From positions 1,632,001 to 1,696,000 of the forward strand of contig OZ255842.1 of assembly GCA_965277805.1 (NCBI GenBank): a stretch of DNA of 64,000 nucleotides, in the 5' to 3' direction. Shown piece after piece: positions 10,553 through 18,791 of the stretch (positions are counted from its first letter, which is position 1; the number at the start of each line of letters is the position of its first letter). Position numbers and translations under genes: made by a program. The notes under the pieces were generated by a model. That model was not told the origin of the DNA. It did no database searches and was given only the letters and a program-made list of their open reading frames with translations. Source of the DNA: Candidatus Lustribacter sp. (GTDB taxonomy: Bacteria > Vulcanimicrobiota > Vulcanimicrobiia > Vulcanimicrobiales > Vulcanimicrobiaceae).

Positions 10553-10637
10553 GGGGCGGGCTTCGCTGCCCGAGGGCGCCTTCTTCCTGGATACGCCCCG
10601 GAAGGGGCTCGTCCAGGTTATGGGAGTATGCACGGGC

Positions 10638-11573
10638 ATGAGCGTACTGATCACCGGAGGAACGGGCTTCATCGGCCTCCATACGTCGCGCGCGTTCCTC
10701 GATCACGGCTACGACGTCGTTTCCACGCAGTTCCGGGTGCGGCGCGAACTGGCCGAGGTCGAAGCGCACCGCGCGAGCCGCTTTCACCGCGAAGTCCTCG
10801 ACGTAACCAGTGCCTACGCCCTCGATGCGGTCTTCGAACGGCACGACATCGATCAGGTGCTGCACCTCGCAACCACCGCCGTCGGCGGGCCGCCCGCAGC
10901 CGAAGATTTCCGCGTGAACATGGACGGCATGATGGTGATTCTCGAGGCCGCGCGCCGCAACCGCGTCAAGCGCGTGGTCGTCGCGAGCTCGATCACCGCG
11001 TATCACGGGCTCGATGGACCGTTTCTCGAAAGCATGCCGATGCCGATCGCATCGAACGGGCCGACCGGCGCGTTCAAGAAAGCGGGCGAAATCACCGGGC
11101 TGCACTTCGCCGACCGCACCGGCCTCGACGTGGTGTTCGCGCGCATTGCGTTCGTCTACGGCCCGCTCTACCACTCGTTCACTAACGCACCGAGTCGCAT
11201 CGCCCACACCGCCGTCCGCGGTTGGGTGGATACGGGCAAAACCAAACCGCTGGCGGGCGATAATTTCGACTATCTTTACGTCACCGACTGTGCCGATGCG
11301 CTCTACCGCATGCAAACCGCAACGACGTTGAAAGAACGCATCTATAACGTCGGCGGCGGAACCGCTGTCCCGTTACCGCACGTGCTCGAAGCCGCGCGCG
11401 CCGTAAAACCCGGCATCGAGTTCACCTTCGCCGACGGCCAAGACCCGTTCCACAAACCAACGTCATACATGGACATCAGCAGCTTCACCCGCGACAGCGG
11501 CTGGAAACCCGCGCACGACATCAATGCCGGCATGGCCGCCTACATGGAGTGGCTTAAAAACTTCGAAGTGTAA
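10638..11573 (+). CDS. NAD-dependent epimerase/dehydratase (extended SDR)
   Basis: VLITGGTGFIG Rossmann motif, VASS, VYGP. The YxxxK motif appears as TGAFKK, so the catalytic Tyr is missing. Confidence 0.8.
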   Translation: MSVLITGGTGFIGLHTSRAFLDHGYDVVSTQFRVRRELAEVEAHRASRFHREVLDVTSAYALDAVFERHDIDQVLHLATTAVGGPPAAEDFRVNMDGMMVILEAARRNRVKRVVVASSITAYHGLDGPFLESMPMPIASNGPTGAFKKAGEITGLHFADRTGLDVVFARIAFVYGPLYHSFTNAPSRIAHTAVRGWVDTGKTKPLAGDNFDYLYVTDCADALYRMQTATTLKERIYNVGGGTAVPLPHVLEAARAVKPGIEFTFADGQDPFHKPTSYMDISSFTRDSGWKPAHDINAGMAAYMEWLKNFEV

Positions 11574-11578
11574 ATCGC

Positions 11579-11668
11579 TGGAGGAGAGAGAGGGATTCGA
11601 ACCCTCGACACTCTTGCGAGTGTGCCGCCTTTCCAAGGCGGTGCATTCGACCACTCTGCCATCTCTCC
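11579..11668 (-). tRNA. tRNA-Ser(GGA), long variable arm, CCA encoded
   Basis: GGAGAGATGGCAGAGTGGTCGAATGCACCGCCTT-GGA-AAGGCGGCACACTCGCAAGAGTGTCGAGGGTTCGAATCCCTCTCTCTCCTCCA folds into a cloverleaf. Confidence 0.97.
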
Positions 11669-11757
11669 GTAGTCGACTCGCCCCGTTCTTCCAACTGTGA
11701 GCACACCCCTCGAACGTTTTCCCGGACGCCGACGTTTGTAGGATAGGTAGGCTCAAA

Positions 11758-13251
11758 ATGATCGCTCGCGTCGCTGCCGCACTCATGGCAGCACTGTTTT
11801 TCTGCGTGTCCAGCCGGTGGGTTCCGGTCGAGGCCGCCCCGCGCGCCGATGTGCTCGTGGTCGGCGGAACGCCGGCCGGCGTCGCGGCGGCGCTGGCAGC
11901 TGCCCGCCTCGGCGAAGATGTCACGCTCGTCGCGCAGCGGCCGGTCTTCGGCGGCGTGCTGACCGATGCGACCATGGACCAATGGGATCTCAATCTCGCC
12001 CCCGACGGCACGCCGATCGAAGGCGGCATCTTCAGCGAGATCCATGACGCCCTCGGCGACGCGTTCACACCGGCTGACGCCGCCCGCGTCTTCGGCGATC
12101 TGGTTGCTAGCGAGCCGCGCATCCATGCGATCGTGAACGCCCGGCCGGTGTCGGTCCGTGTCAGCGGCATCGCGGGCGGTTTGCAGGTCAACGACGTCAC
12201 GTTCGCGCGCAACGGCAAAACCGATTTCACCATCGCCGCGCCGGTCGTCATCGATGCCACCGACAACTGCGACCTCGCCGCGTTAGCCGGTGCGCGATAC
12301 GACGTCGGCCGCCAAGATACCGGCATCGATGAAAAGATGCAAGCAGTGACGCTGATGTTCACGTTCGAGGGCGTCGATTGGCCGGCGCTCGCCGCGGCCT
12401 ACGATCCGCGGGTCGACGGCGCCGGCGGCGTGTTGGGGCGCCGGGCGTGGGGCTACGCCAAGCTCATGGCGGACTATCGACCGCTCTCGAACGACGTGCT
12501 CGTGCGCGACCTCAACCTCGCCCATGAAACCGACGGGTCCGTGAGCGTCAACGCGATCGACGTGCTCGGCGTCGACGGCCGGTCGGCAAGCGACCTGTTG
12601 CACGCGCGGGAACTCACCGAGAACGAAGCACCGCATCTGCTGGCCTATCTGCGCGCACGCTTGGCAGGCTTCGACGATGCGCACATCGGGCATTTTGCCG
12701 GCGCCGTGTACGTACGTGAAACGCGCCACGTGCTCGGCGACGAATGGCTGACCGCGGACGACGTGTGGAACGGCATGATCCCGGCCGACAGCATCGGGCT
12801 CAGCTCGTATCCGCTCGATCTCCACGCGGTCACTGCTACGAGCACGCTCGCGTACGCGCCGGTGCGCCACGTCTACGGCGTTCCGTTCGGCACGCTCGTG
12901 CCGCGCGGGTTCACCAACCTGATGATGGCGGGCCCGTCGATTTCCGCCTCACACGAAGCCGCGGGCAGCGCGCGCGTGATCCCGACGACGATCGAGGAGG
13001 GCCAAGCCGCCGGCACCGCCGCGGCCCTCGTCAACGCTCGCCACATCACCGTTGCCGAACTTGCCCGAACTCCCACGGATATCGCTGCATTACAGACGAG
13101 TCTGCACGCGGCCGGTGCAATTCTAGCGGTCGTTGATGTTCAGCGTGCGCGGCCGCGTCAGCACGCGCTCGTACACGTACGGAACCTCACCGGTGTCACC
13201 ATCGCCGGTTTGCGTCGAGCGGCCGTCCGCATAGGCCGACGCGCCGCCTAA
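11758..13251 (+). CDS. Secreted FAD-dependent oxidoreductase (FAD_oxidored-type)
   Basis: Signal-peptide-like N-terminus, DVLVVGGTPAGVAAA, VIDATDNCDLA, YVRETRH, YGVPFGTLVP. Confidence 0.8.
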   Translation: MIARVAAALMAALFFCVSSRWVPVEAAPRADVLVVGGTPAGVAAALAAARLGEDVTLVAQRPVFGGVLTDATMDQWDLNLAPDGTPIEGGIFSEIHDALGDAFTPADAARVFGDLVASEPRIHAIVNARPVSVRVSGIAGGLQVNDVTFARNGKTDFTIAAPVVIDATDNCDLAALAGARYDVGRQDTGIDEKMQAVTLMFTFEGVDWPALAAAYDPRVDGAGGVLGRRAWGYAKLMADYRPLSNDVLVRDLNLAHETDGSVSVNAIDVLGVDGRSASDLLHARELTENEAPHLLAYLRARLAGFDDAHIGHFAGAVYVRETRHVLGDEWLTADDVWNGMIPADSIGLSSYPLDLHAVTATSTLAYAPVRHVYGVPFGTLVPRGFTNLMMAGPSISASHEAAGSARVIPTTIEEGQAAGTAAALVNARHITVAELARTPTDIAALQTSLHAAGAILAVVDVQRARPRQHALVHVRNLTGVTIAGLRRAAVRIGRRAA

Positions 13252-13326
13252 CGCGCCCTTCACGACTTCGCCCAGACCGAACATCTCGGCGACGCCGCCG
13301 ACCAAGTCCATGAAGTCGCCGTCCAT
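13123..13326 (-). CDS. Small hypothetical protein (67 aa), probable last gene of the dmpA-ybjQ operon
   Basis: ATG 2 nt after the YbjQ gene stop, with G/C-ending codons. Overlaps the 3' end of the opposite-strand oxidoreductase. Confidence 0.5.
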   Translation of the reverse strand: MDGDFMDLVGGVAEMFGLGEVVKGALGGASAYADGRSTQTGDGDTGEVPYVYERVLTRPRTLNINDR

Positions 13327-13328
13327 GA

Positions 13329-14183
13329 CTAGTCGTTGAGGCCGATCTGGAACATCGGCGAGACCTTCGTCTTCTCACCGCGTTTCACGATCGAGGTTCC
13401 GATCGCGAGAAACTCGATTACGTGCGGCTCCCAGACGTGATTCTTCTCGACGATGTTCATGCCGACGATTCCGGTCGCGCCGTGCGCTTCAGCCTCGGCC
13501 TGCATGCGGCTCATCGCGAGTTCGCGCGCATCGTAGAGCGCCTCGGTGTAGTTTTGCAGCTCGATGTTGTTGCCGAGCGTGCGGATCGACTGCATGAACC
13601 CTTGGTGCGCGATGTGGTAGACGCAACTTCCGAGAACGAGTTCCGCCGGCACGTACCCGGCTTGGTGCAATTTGTAGAAGTCTTGCACGGAGAGATCGCA
13701 CGTGAACGGCTTGTCGTGCACCGTGCGATACGATGCGCCGGGCGGCGCTTTGACCGCGGTGCCGATCGCCGTGAACTCGAGCGCATTCGGCGCCCAAATG
13801 TAGCCGCCGACTTCGAGCCGCACGCCGACGATGCCGTCGGCGCCGAGCACCGCGGCTTCTTCTTCCATCCGGCTCATCGCGAGTTCGCGCGCCTGGTACA
13901 TCGCTTGCGAGAGATAGCCGAGTTCCTGGTTTTGAAAGTAATTGCCGATCTGGAAGCCGACGTGAAAGATCGAACTGCCGAGCACGAGGCCCAGCGGCTG
14001 CATCTGCAGTTCGTCCAGCAGCACGAACTCGCTCACCGAGAGATCGCTCGTGAACATCGGCGCACCGCCGACGCCGCTCATCCGCCGCAGACGGGAAATC
14101 GCATCCTGCGGTACGCCGCCGGGCGTCACCTCGACGTTGCGCGCCTGGTTCTGCTGGCCGGGACCGAAACCGAAGAAGCTCAT
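13329..14183 (-). CDS. YbjQ-family (putative heavy-metal-binding) protein with two tandem domains
   Basis: Internal duplication: FTSDLS..LVLGSS..ARELAMSRM..GADGIVG..EFTAIGT versus FTCDLS..LVLGSC..ARELAMSRM..GATGIVG..EFLAIGT. Confidence 0.85.
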   Translation of the reverse strand: MSFFGFGPGQQNQARNVEVTPGGVPQDAISRLRRMSGVGGAPMFTSDLSVSEFVLLDELQMQPLGLVLGSSIFHVGFQIGNYFQNQELGYLSQAMYQARELAMSRMEEEAAVLGADGIVGVRLEVGGYIWAPNALEFTAIGTAVKAPPGASYRTVHDKPFTCDLSVQDFYKLHQAGYVPAELVLGSCVYHIAHQGFMQSIRTLGNNIELQNYTEALYDARELAMSRMQAEAEAHGATGIVGMNIVEKNHVWEPHVIEFLAIGTSIVKRGEKTKVSPMFQIGLND

Positions 14184-14960
14184 CTATCTCTCCAAAAACC
14201 GGGTGAGGGTTTCGCGCGTGCGGCGGTCGCGTTCGACGAACGCGCCCAAGTCTTCGTAGAGCCCGCGCAGCCACGCATCGAGGTCGACCGTTTCGGTGCG
14301 CAGCGCGACGCCTCGAACCACCTTCGTCGCGCTGGCCTCGATACCGCTGCGGTGCGCGGCGAGGTTGTAACGCAGCGCCGAGTCGCCCGAGGGAATCGTC
14401 AACTGCAGCGCTTCGACGGCGCCGAACCCCATCCGGCCGCGCTGCACGGTGAGCAGTTGCGGCACCAGCTGCGCGAATCGCTCGGCAGCGACGGCGACCA
14501 GCGCCGCCGGCTGCGGCCCGGCGTCGCGTTCGATCCCGTCGAGAAACGTGCGCACGAGCGCGAGCGGGGCCGACGTCGCCGGTTCGGCCGGAACGGCTTG
14601 CGGCAACTCCGCGAGCGGGCCAAAGCGTTCGGCCAAAAACGCGCCGTTCGCGGCGATGCCCTCGGTGCTGCGCGCCGCAACCTCGCGCAAGCGCTGCGCC
14701 GTCGCGCGTTCGAGGTGATCGAGCTGCGCGACGAGCAGTTCGTCGGGCGTGCGACCGGTCGCGTCGCGCTCGCCGCGTAAGCTCGGCGGGATGTCGAAAT
14801 ACGCGCGCAGCGTGTCGGGCAGATAGCGCGCGCGCGTTTCGCGCAGCGAGAACGTCGCTTCGTCGGTCACCCCCGATTGGGCGAGTACGCGCTCGGCCTC
14901 GTCGAGCAGGGCTTCGATGCGGCTCACGCGCTGCGCGGCCTCATCGGGGACGTGCATCAT
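14184..14960 (-). CDS. Hypothetical two-domain protein
   Basis: Abuts or overlaps both neighbours; contains YLPDTLRAYFDIP..NGAFLAERFG and KVVRGVALRTETVDLDAW segments. Confidence 0.7.
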   Translation of the reverse strand: MMHVPDEAAQRVSRIEALLDEAERVLAQSGVTDEATFSLRETRARYLPDTLRAYFDIPPSLRGERDATGRTPDELLVAQLDHLERATAQRLREVAARSTEGIAANGAFLAERFGPLAELPQAVPAEPATSAPLALVRTFLDGIERDAGPQPAALVAVAAERFAQLVPQLLTVQRGRMGFGAVEALQLTIPSGDSALRYNLAAHRSGIEASATKVVRGVALRTETVDLDAWLRGLYEDLGAFVERDRRTRETLTRFLER

Positions 14961-16138
14961 TTCCGCAGCAGCGGAGCCACCCGGTCGTAGGGCAGCCCGT
15001 ACAGCGTGATGCCGTTGGCTCCGGTCATCGTGCGCGCGCTGAAAATCGCATCGTCGATCGCTTCTTCGGTTGCATCGACCGTCGCGGTGAAGAGTGCATC
15101 GACACGGTCTTCGTCCGTTTCGAGCGGTGGTCCGGTAATGCCGCCGCCGCGCGGATAGATATGCGTGGTCGAAAACGCGAAGAACAAATCGCCGCTCGAG
15201 GTGTGCGAGGTCGCGCCGGTGCGCGCGAGTCCCATCGTGGCGCGCTTCGCGATGTCGCGCAAACGCAGCGCATCGAGCGGCGCGTCGGTCGCAACGACGA
15301 TGATGATGCTGCCGTCGGCGGCGCGGCCGGTCGTAGGCGCGAGGCCCGCAGCGCGCGGAAAGACGGGCAGCAAGTCGTGGGCGAAGGCACGTCCCACCGG
15401 TACTCCGCCGATCAGCAATTCGTTCCGCGAACCCGTGTTCACGTTCACCAGCACGCCGACGGTGTAGCCGCCCAGTTCCTTCGGCAGCACCCGCGATGCC
15501 GAACCGATCCCGCCCTTGAAGCCAAAGGCGTGCATCCCGGTCCCGGCGCCCACATTGCCGCGCGGAAAATCACCGGGCGCGGCCGCATCGAGCAGCCCAA
15601 CGACGTCGGCCGGCGACACGTGGCGGCCCTGAATGTCGTTCATGCCCTGGTCGTCGCACTCGGCCACGACCGGCAGCGGCACGTCGGCCCGGATCCCGAT
15701 ATCCGAATGTTTCTTGATCAGCCACGAGACCACGCCGTCATCGACGCGCCCGACATTGAGGGTATTGGTCAGCACGATCGGCGTCTCGAGAAAGCCCGCC
15801 TGGTCGACCCAGTGCGCGCCGGTCATTTCACCGTTCCCGTTGAGATCGAACGTTGCCGCGGCGACGCGTTGAATCCACGGGTCGGCGTTGGGCAGAATCC
15901 CGGTCGCCCCCGTTCGTACCGGGCCCACGCCGGGCACGAGGGGACCATTGCCCTCAATCTTCGTGACTTGTCCAACTCGCACGCCGGGAACGTCGGTGAT
16001 ACCATCGAGCGGCCCAGCGGGCAGCGTGCCCACGGTTACCGGCGAGCGGGCTCCCGCCAGTCCCGATCCCGCTACCGCGATGCACGCTGCAAACGCCGCA
16101 ACGAAACGCCCGACCCGTGTTCCGCCGCGAAATGCCAC
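14957..16138 (-). CDS. DmpA-like (P1/S58 family) self-processing aminopeptidase, probably exported
   Basis: ITDVPGVRVG, NGNGEMTG, PVVAECDD, GNVGAGTGM, autocleavage site DG|SIIIVVATDAPL, SGDLFFAFST; hydrophobic N-terminus. Start (GTG 16138) uncertain. Confidence 0.88.
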   Translation of the reverse strand: MAFRGGTRVGRFVAAFAACIAVAGSGLAGARSPVTVGTLPAGPLDGITDVPGVRVGQVTKIEGNGPLVPGVGPVRTGATGILPNADPWIQRVAAATFDLNGNGEMTGAHWVDQAGFLETPIVLTNTLNVGRVDDGVVSWLIKKHSDIGIRADVPLPVVAECDDQGMNDIQGRHVSPADVVGLLDAAAPGDFPRGNVGAGTGMHAFGFKGGIGSASRVLPKELGGYTVGVLVNVNTGSRNELLIGGVPVGRAFAHDLLPVFPRAAGLAPTTGRAADGSIIIVVATDAPLDALRLRDIAKRATMGLARTGATSHTSSGDLFFAFSTTHIYPRGGGITGPPLETDEDRVDALFTATVDATEEAIDDAIFSARTMTGANGITLYGLPYDRVAPLLRK

Positions 16139-16248
16139 AGCCGGGCTTTCCGCGGGCAGGGGTAGGCACACCCTCCTGCCCGCGCGAAACCGGCCCCACT
16201 TGCCCGCCCCGCGCGGTCCATCCGAAGCCGAGGAGCAGTCACACGCCG

Positions 16249-17856
16249 ATGATTACCCTACCGAACCCCTCGCAGAGCTTGTCCGACGATCTCAAGGCGA
16301 TCGGCCTCGATCGTGTCGCCACGGTCCATCGCAACCTGACGATGGTCGACTTAATGGAACATGCCGTGCGCAACGGCGAGGGCCGTCTCGGACCCGACGG
16401 ACAGATGATCGTTGAAACGGGCCGTCATACCGGCCGTTCGCCAAAAGATAAGTTTTTCGTCAAAGAGCCCGGCAGCGAAACGCACATCGACTGGGGCGCG
16501 GTCAACAAGCCCATCGCGCCGGAAAAGTTCGATGCCCTGCTGGTGCGCGTCGGCGACTACCTCGCCGGTAAGGAAATCTACTCGCTCGATTGCTACGTCG
16601 GCGCCGATCCGCGCTATCGCATGCCGGTGCGCGTACTGACGACCAGCGCCTGGCAGTGCCTCTTCTCACAAGATCTGTTCATCCGCAAGACGACCGACGA
16701 CGATAACTTCAAGCCCGAGTTCACCGTGCTCGACGCTGCGCTTTTCGAAGCCGTGCCGGAACGCGACGGCACGCGCACCAGCACGTTTTGCCTGGTGAAC
16801 TTCGCACGCAAGATGGTGCTGATCGGCGGCACGCAGTATGCCGGCGAAATCAAGAAGTCCGTCTTCACGCTGATGAATTACCTGATGCCGCTCCGCGGCG
16901 TGCTGCCGATGCACGCGTCGGCCAACGTCGGCCCCAAGGGCGACGTCGCGATCTTCTTCGGCCTCTCCGGCACGGGAAAAACCACCCTGTCTTCGGATCC
17001 GACGCGCCCGCTGATCGGCGACGACGAACACGGCTGGTCGGCCGACGGCGTCTTCAATTTCGAAGGCGGCTGCTACGCGAAGACGATCGCGCTCTCGCAG
17101 ACGGCCGAACCCGAGATCTGGGCCGCCGTGCACCGTTTCGGAACCGTGCTCGAAAACGTCGTGATCGATCCGGTTACGCGCGCGCTCGATCTCGATTCAG
17201 AAAAGCTCACCGAGAACACGCGCGCCGCCTACCCGATCGAATTCATTCCCAACATCGTGCCCGGCTCGATGGGCGGGAACGCCAACACGATCATCATGCT
17301 GACGGCTGATGCCTTCGGCGTGCTTCCCGCGATCGCGAAGATGACGCCGGCCCAGGCGATGTATCACTTCCTCTCCGGCTATACGGCCGTGGTTGCCGGC
17401 ACGGAACTCGGTGTGACCGAACCGACCGCGACCTTCTCGACGTGTTTCGGCGCGCCGTTCATGGTGCATCATCCGACGGTCTACGCGAAGCTGCTGGGCG
17501 AACGCATCGCCAAGCACGACGTGCAATGCTGGCTCGTCAACACGGGCTGGGTCGGCGGCGCGCCGCCCGAAGCCAAGCGCATGAAGATCGCCTACACGCG
17601 CGCGATGGTCAACGCCGCGATCGAAGGCCGCCTCGACGGAATCCCGACCAAGGTCGAGCCGTTCTTCGGTTTGGCGGTACCGCAAAGCGTGCCCGACGTC
17701 CCGCAGGAAGTGCTGGATCCGCGTTTAGCGTGGAGCGATAAGGCCGCCTACGACGTCCAAGCCAACAAACTCGCCGCCGCATTCGCCGAGAACTTCAAAC
17801 AGTTCGAAGCGGCTTCGACACCCGACGTGCTCGCGGCGGCGATCAAACCTAAATGA
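16249..17856 (+). CDS. pckA: Phosphoenolpyruvate carboxykinase (ATP)
   Basis: TGRSPKDK, YAGEIKK, FFGLSGTGKTTLS, LIGDDEHGW, FNFEGGCYAK, CFGAPF; GAGGAG ribosome-binding site. Confidence 0.97.
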   Translation: MITLPNPSQSLSDDLKAIGLDRVATVHRNLTMVDLMEHAVRNGEGRLGPDGQMIVETGRHTGRSPKDKFFVKEPGSETHIDWGAVNKPIAPEKFDALLVRVGDYLAGKEIYSLDCYVGADPRYRMPVRVLTTSAWQCLFSQDLFIRKTTDDDNFKPEFTVLDAALFEAVPERDGTRTSTFCLVNFARKMVLIGGTQYAGEIKKSVFTLMNYLMPLRGVLPMHASANVGPKGDVAIFFGLSGTGKTTLSSDPTRPLIGDDEHGWSADGVFNFEGGCYAKTIALSQTAEPEIWAAVHRFGTVLENVVIDPVTRALDLDSEKLTENTRAAYPIEFIPNIVPGSMGGNANTIIMLTADAFGVLPAIAKMTPAQAMYHFLSGYTAVVAGTELGVTEPTATFSTCFGAPFMVHHPTVYAKLLGERIAKHDVQCWLVNTGWVGGAPPEAKRMKIAYTRAMVNAAIEGRLDGIPTKVEPFFGLAVPQSVPDVPQEVLDPRLAWSDKAAYDVQANKLAAAFAENFKQFEAASTPDVLAAAIKPK

Positions 17857-18791
17857 AGCGTTCCGTATTCACGGGTCTGATCGCGGGCGCGGCCGCAGCG
17901 CCGCGCATCGCCTCGGCGCAAGGCGCACCGACCGTCATTCGCCTCGGCACCGCGCCGGTGGAAAGCTATGCGCTTGCGTATTACGGCGTCGAGCGCGGTT
18001 TCTTCAAAGCCGCCAACCTCGACGTGCAGATCCAAACGTTTAGCGGCGGTGGCGGCGTCATGACGGCCGCGGCGGGCGGCGCGCTCGACATGGGTTGTGC
18101 CAATGTCGGGGCGCAGGCGAACGCGTACATAAAGAACTTGCCGTTTGCGATGATCGCAGGCGGCGGCAACTATTCGAGTGCGTCGCCGACAACCGTTCTC
18201 GCCGTCGCAAAGAACGCTCCGTTCAAGACCGGCAAAGACCTCAACGGCAAGACGATCGGCTGCTCGACGCTCAAAGATCTGCAGCAAGTCTCGGTGATGA
18301 AGTGGGTCGACGCCAACGGCGGTGATTCATCGACCCTCAAGTTCCTCGAGATCCCCGTTCCCGAGATGGCGCCGGCCCTTGTTGCCGGCCGTATCGACGG
18401 CGCTTGCGAACTCGAGCCGTCGCTAACGTTCGCGATGAACGACATCCGCATCTTCGGCAAGTGTTATGACGCGATTTCGAAGACGCTGACGATCACGACG
18501 CACTTTGCCAACAAAGAGTGGCTCGACAAGAACCCCGCCGCGGCCAAGGCGTTTATCGGAGCGATGAAAGCGGCCGCGCAGTGGGCCAACAAAAACCAGG
18601 CCGCTGCCGCACCGATCCTCGAGAAGGTATCCCAGATCCCGGCCTCCACCGTCGGCGTCATGCACCGCGTCGTCTTCGCCGAGACGCTCGATCCGTCGTC
18701 GATTCAGCCGGTCATCGATGCCACCGCGCAATACAAATTCATTCCCAAGACCTTCAACGTCTCCGAGATGTTCTGGTCCGGAACCAGGTAG
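17853..18791 (+). CDS. NitT/TauT (NMT1-like) ABC substrate-binding protein
   Basis: Signal peptide MKRSVFTGLIAGAAAAP; GFFKAANLDV, KDLNGKTIG, GRIDG. Confidence 0.85.
   Translation: MKRSVFTGLIAGAAAAPRIASAQGAPTVIRLGTAPVESYALAYYGVERGFFKAANLDVQIQTFSGGGGVMTAAAGGALDMGCANVGAQANAYIKNLPFAMIAGGGNYSSASPTTVLAVAKNAPFKTGKDLNGKTIGCSTLKDLQQVSVMKWVDANGGDSSTLKFLEIPVPEMAPALVAGRIDGACELEPSLTFAMNDIRIFGKCYDAISKTLTITTHFANKEWLDKNPAAAKAFIGAMKAAAQWANKNQAAAAPILEKVSQIPASTVGVMHRVVFAETLDPSSIQPVIDATAQYKFIPKTFNVSEMFWSGTR

Noticed and set aside
11579-11610. Genomic island integrated at tRNA-Ser
   Set aside because: No duplicate of the tRNA 3' end and no integrase seen in the window.
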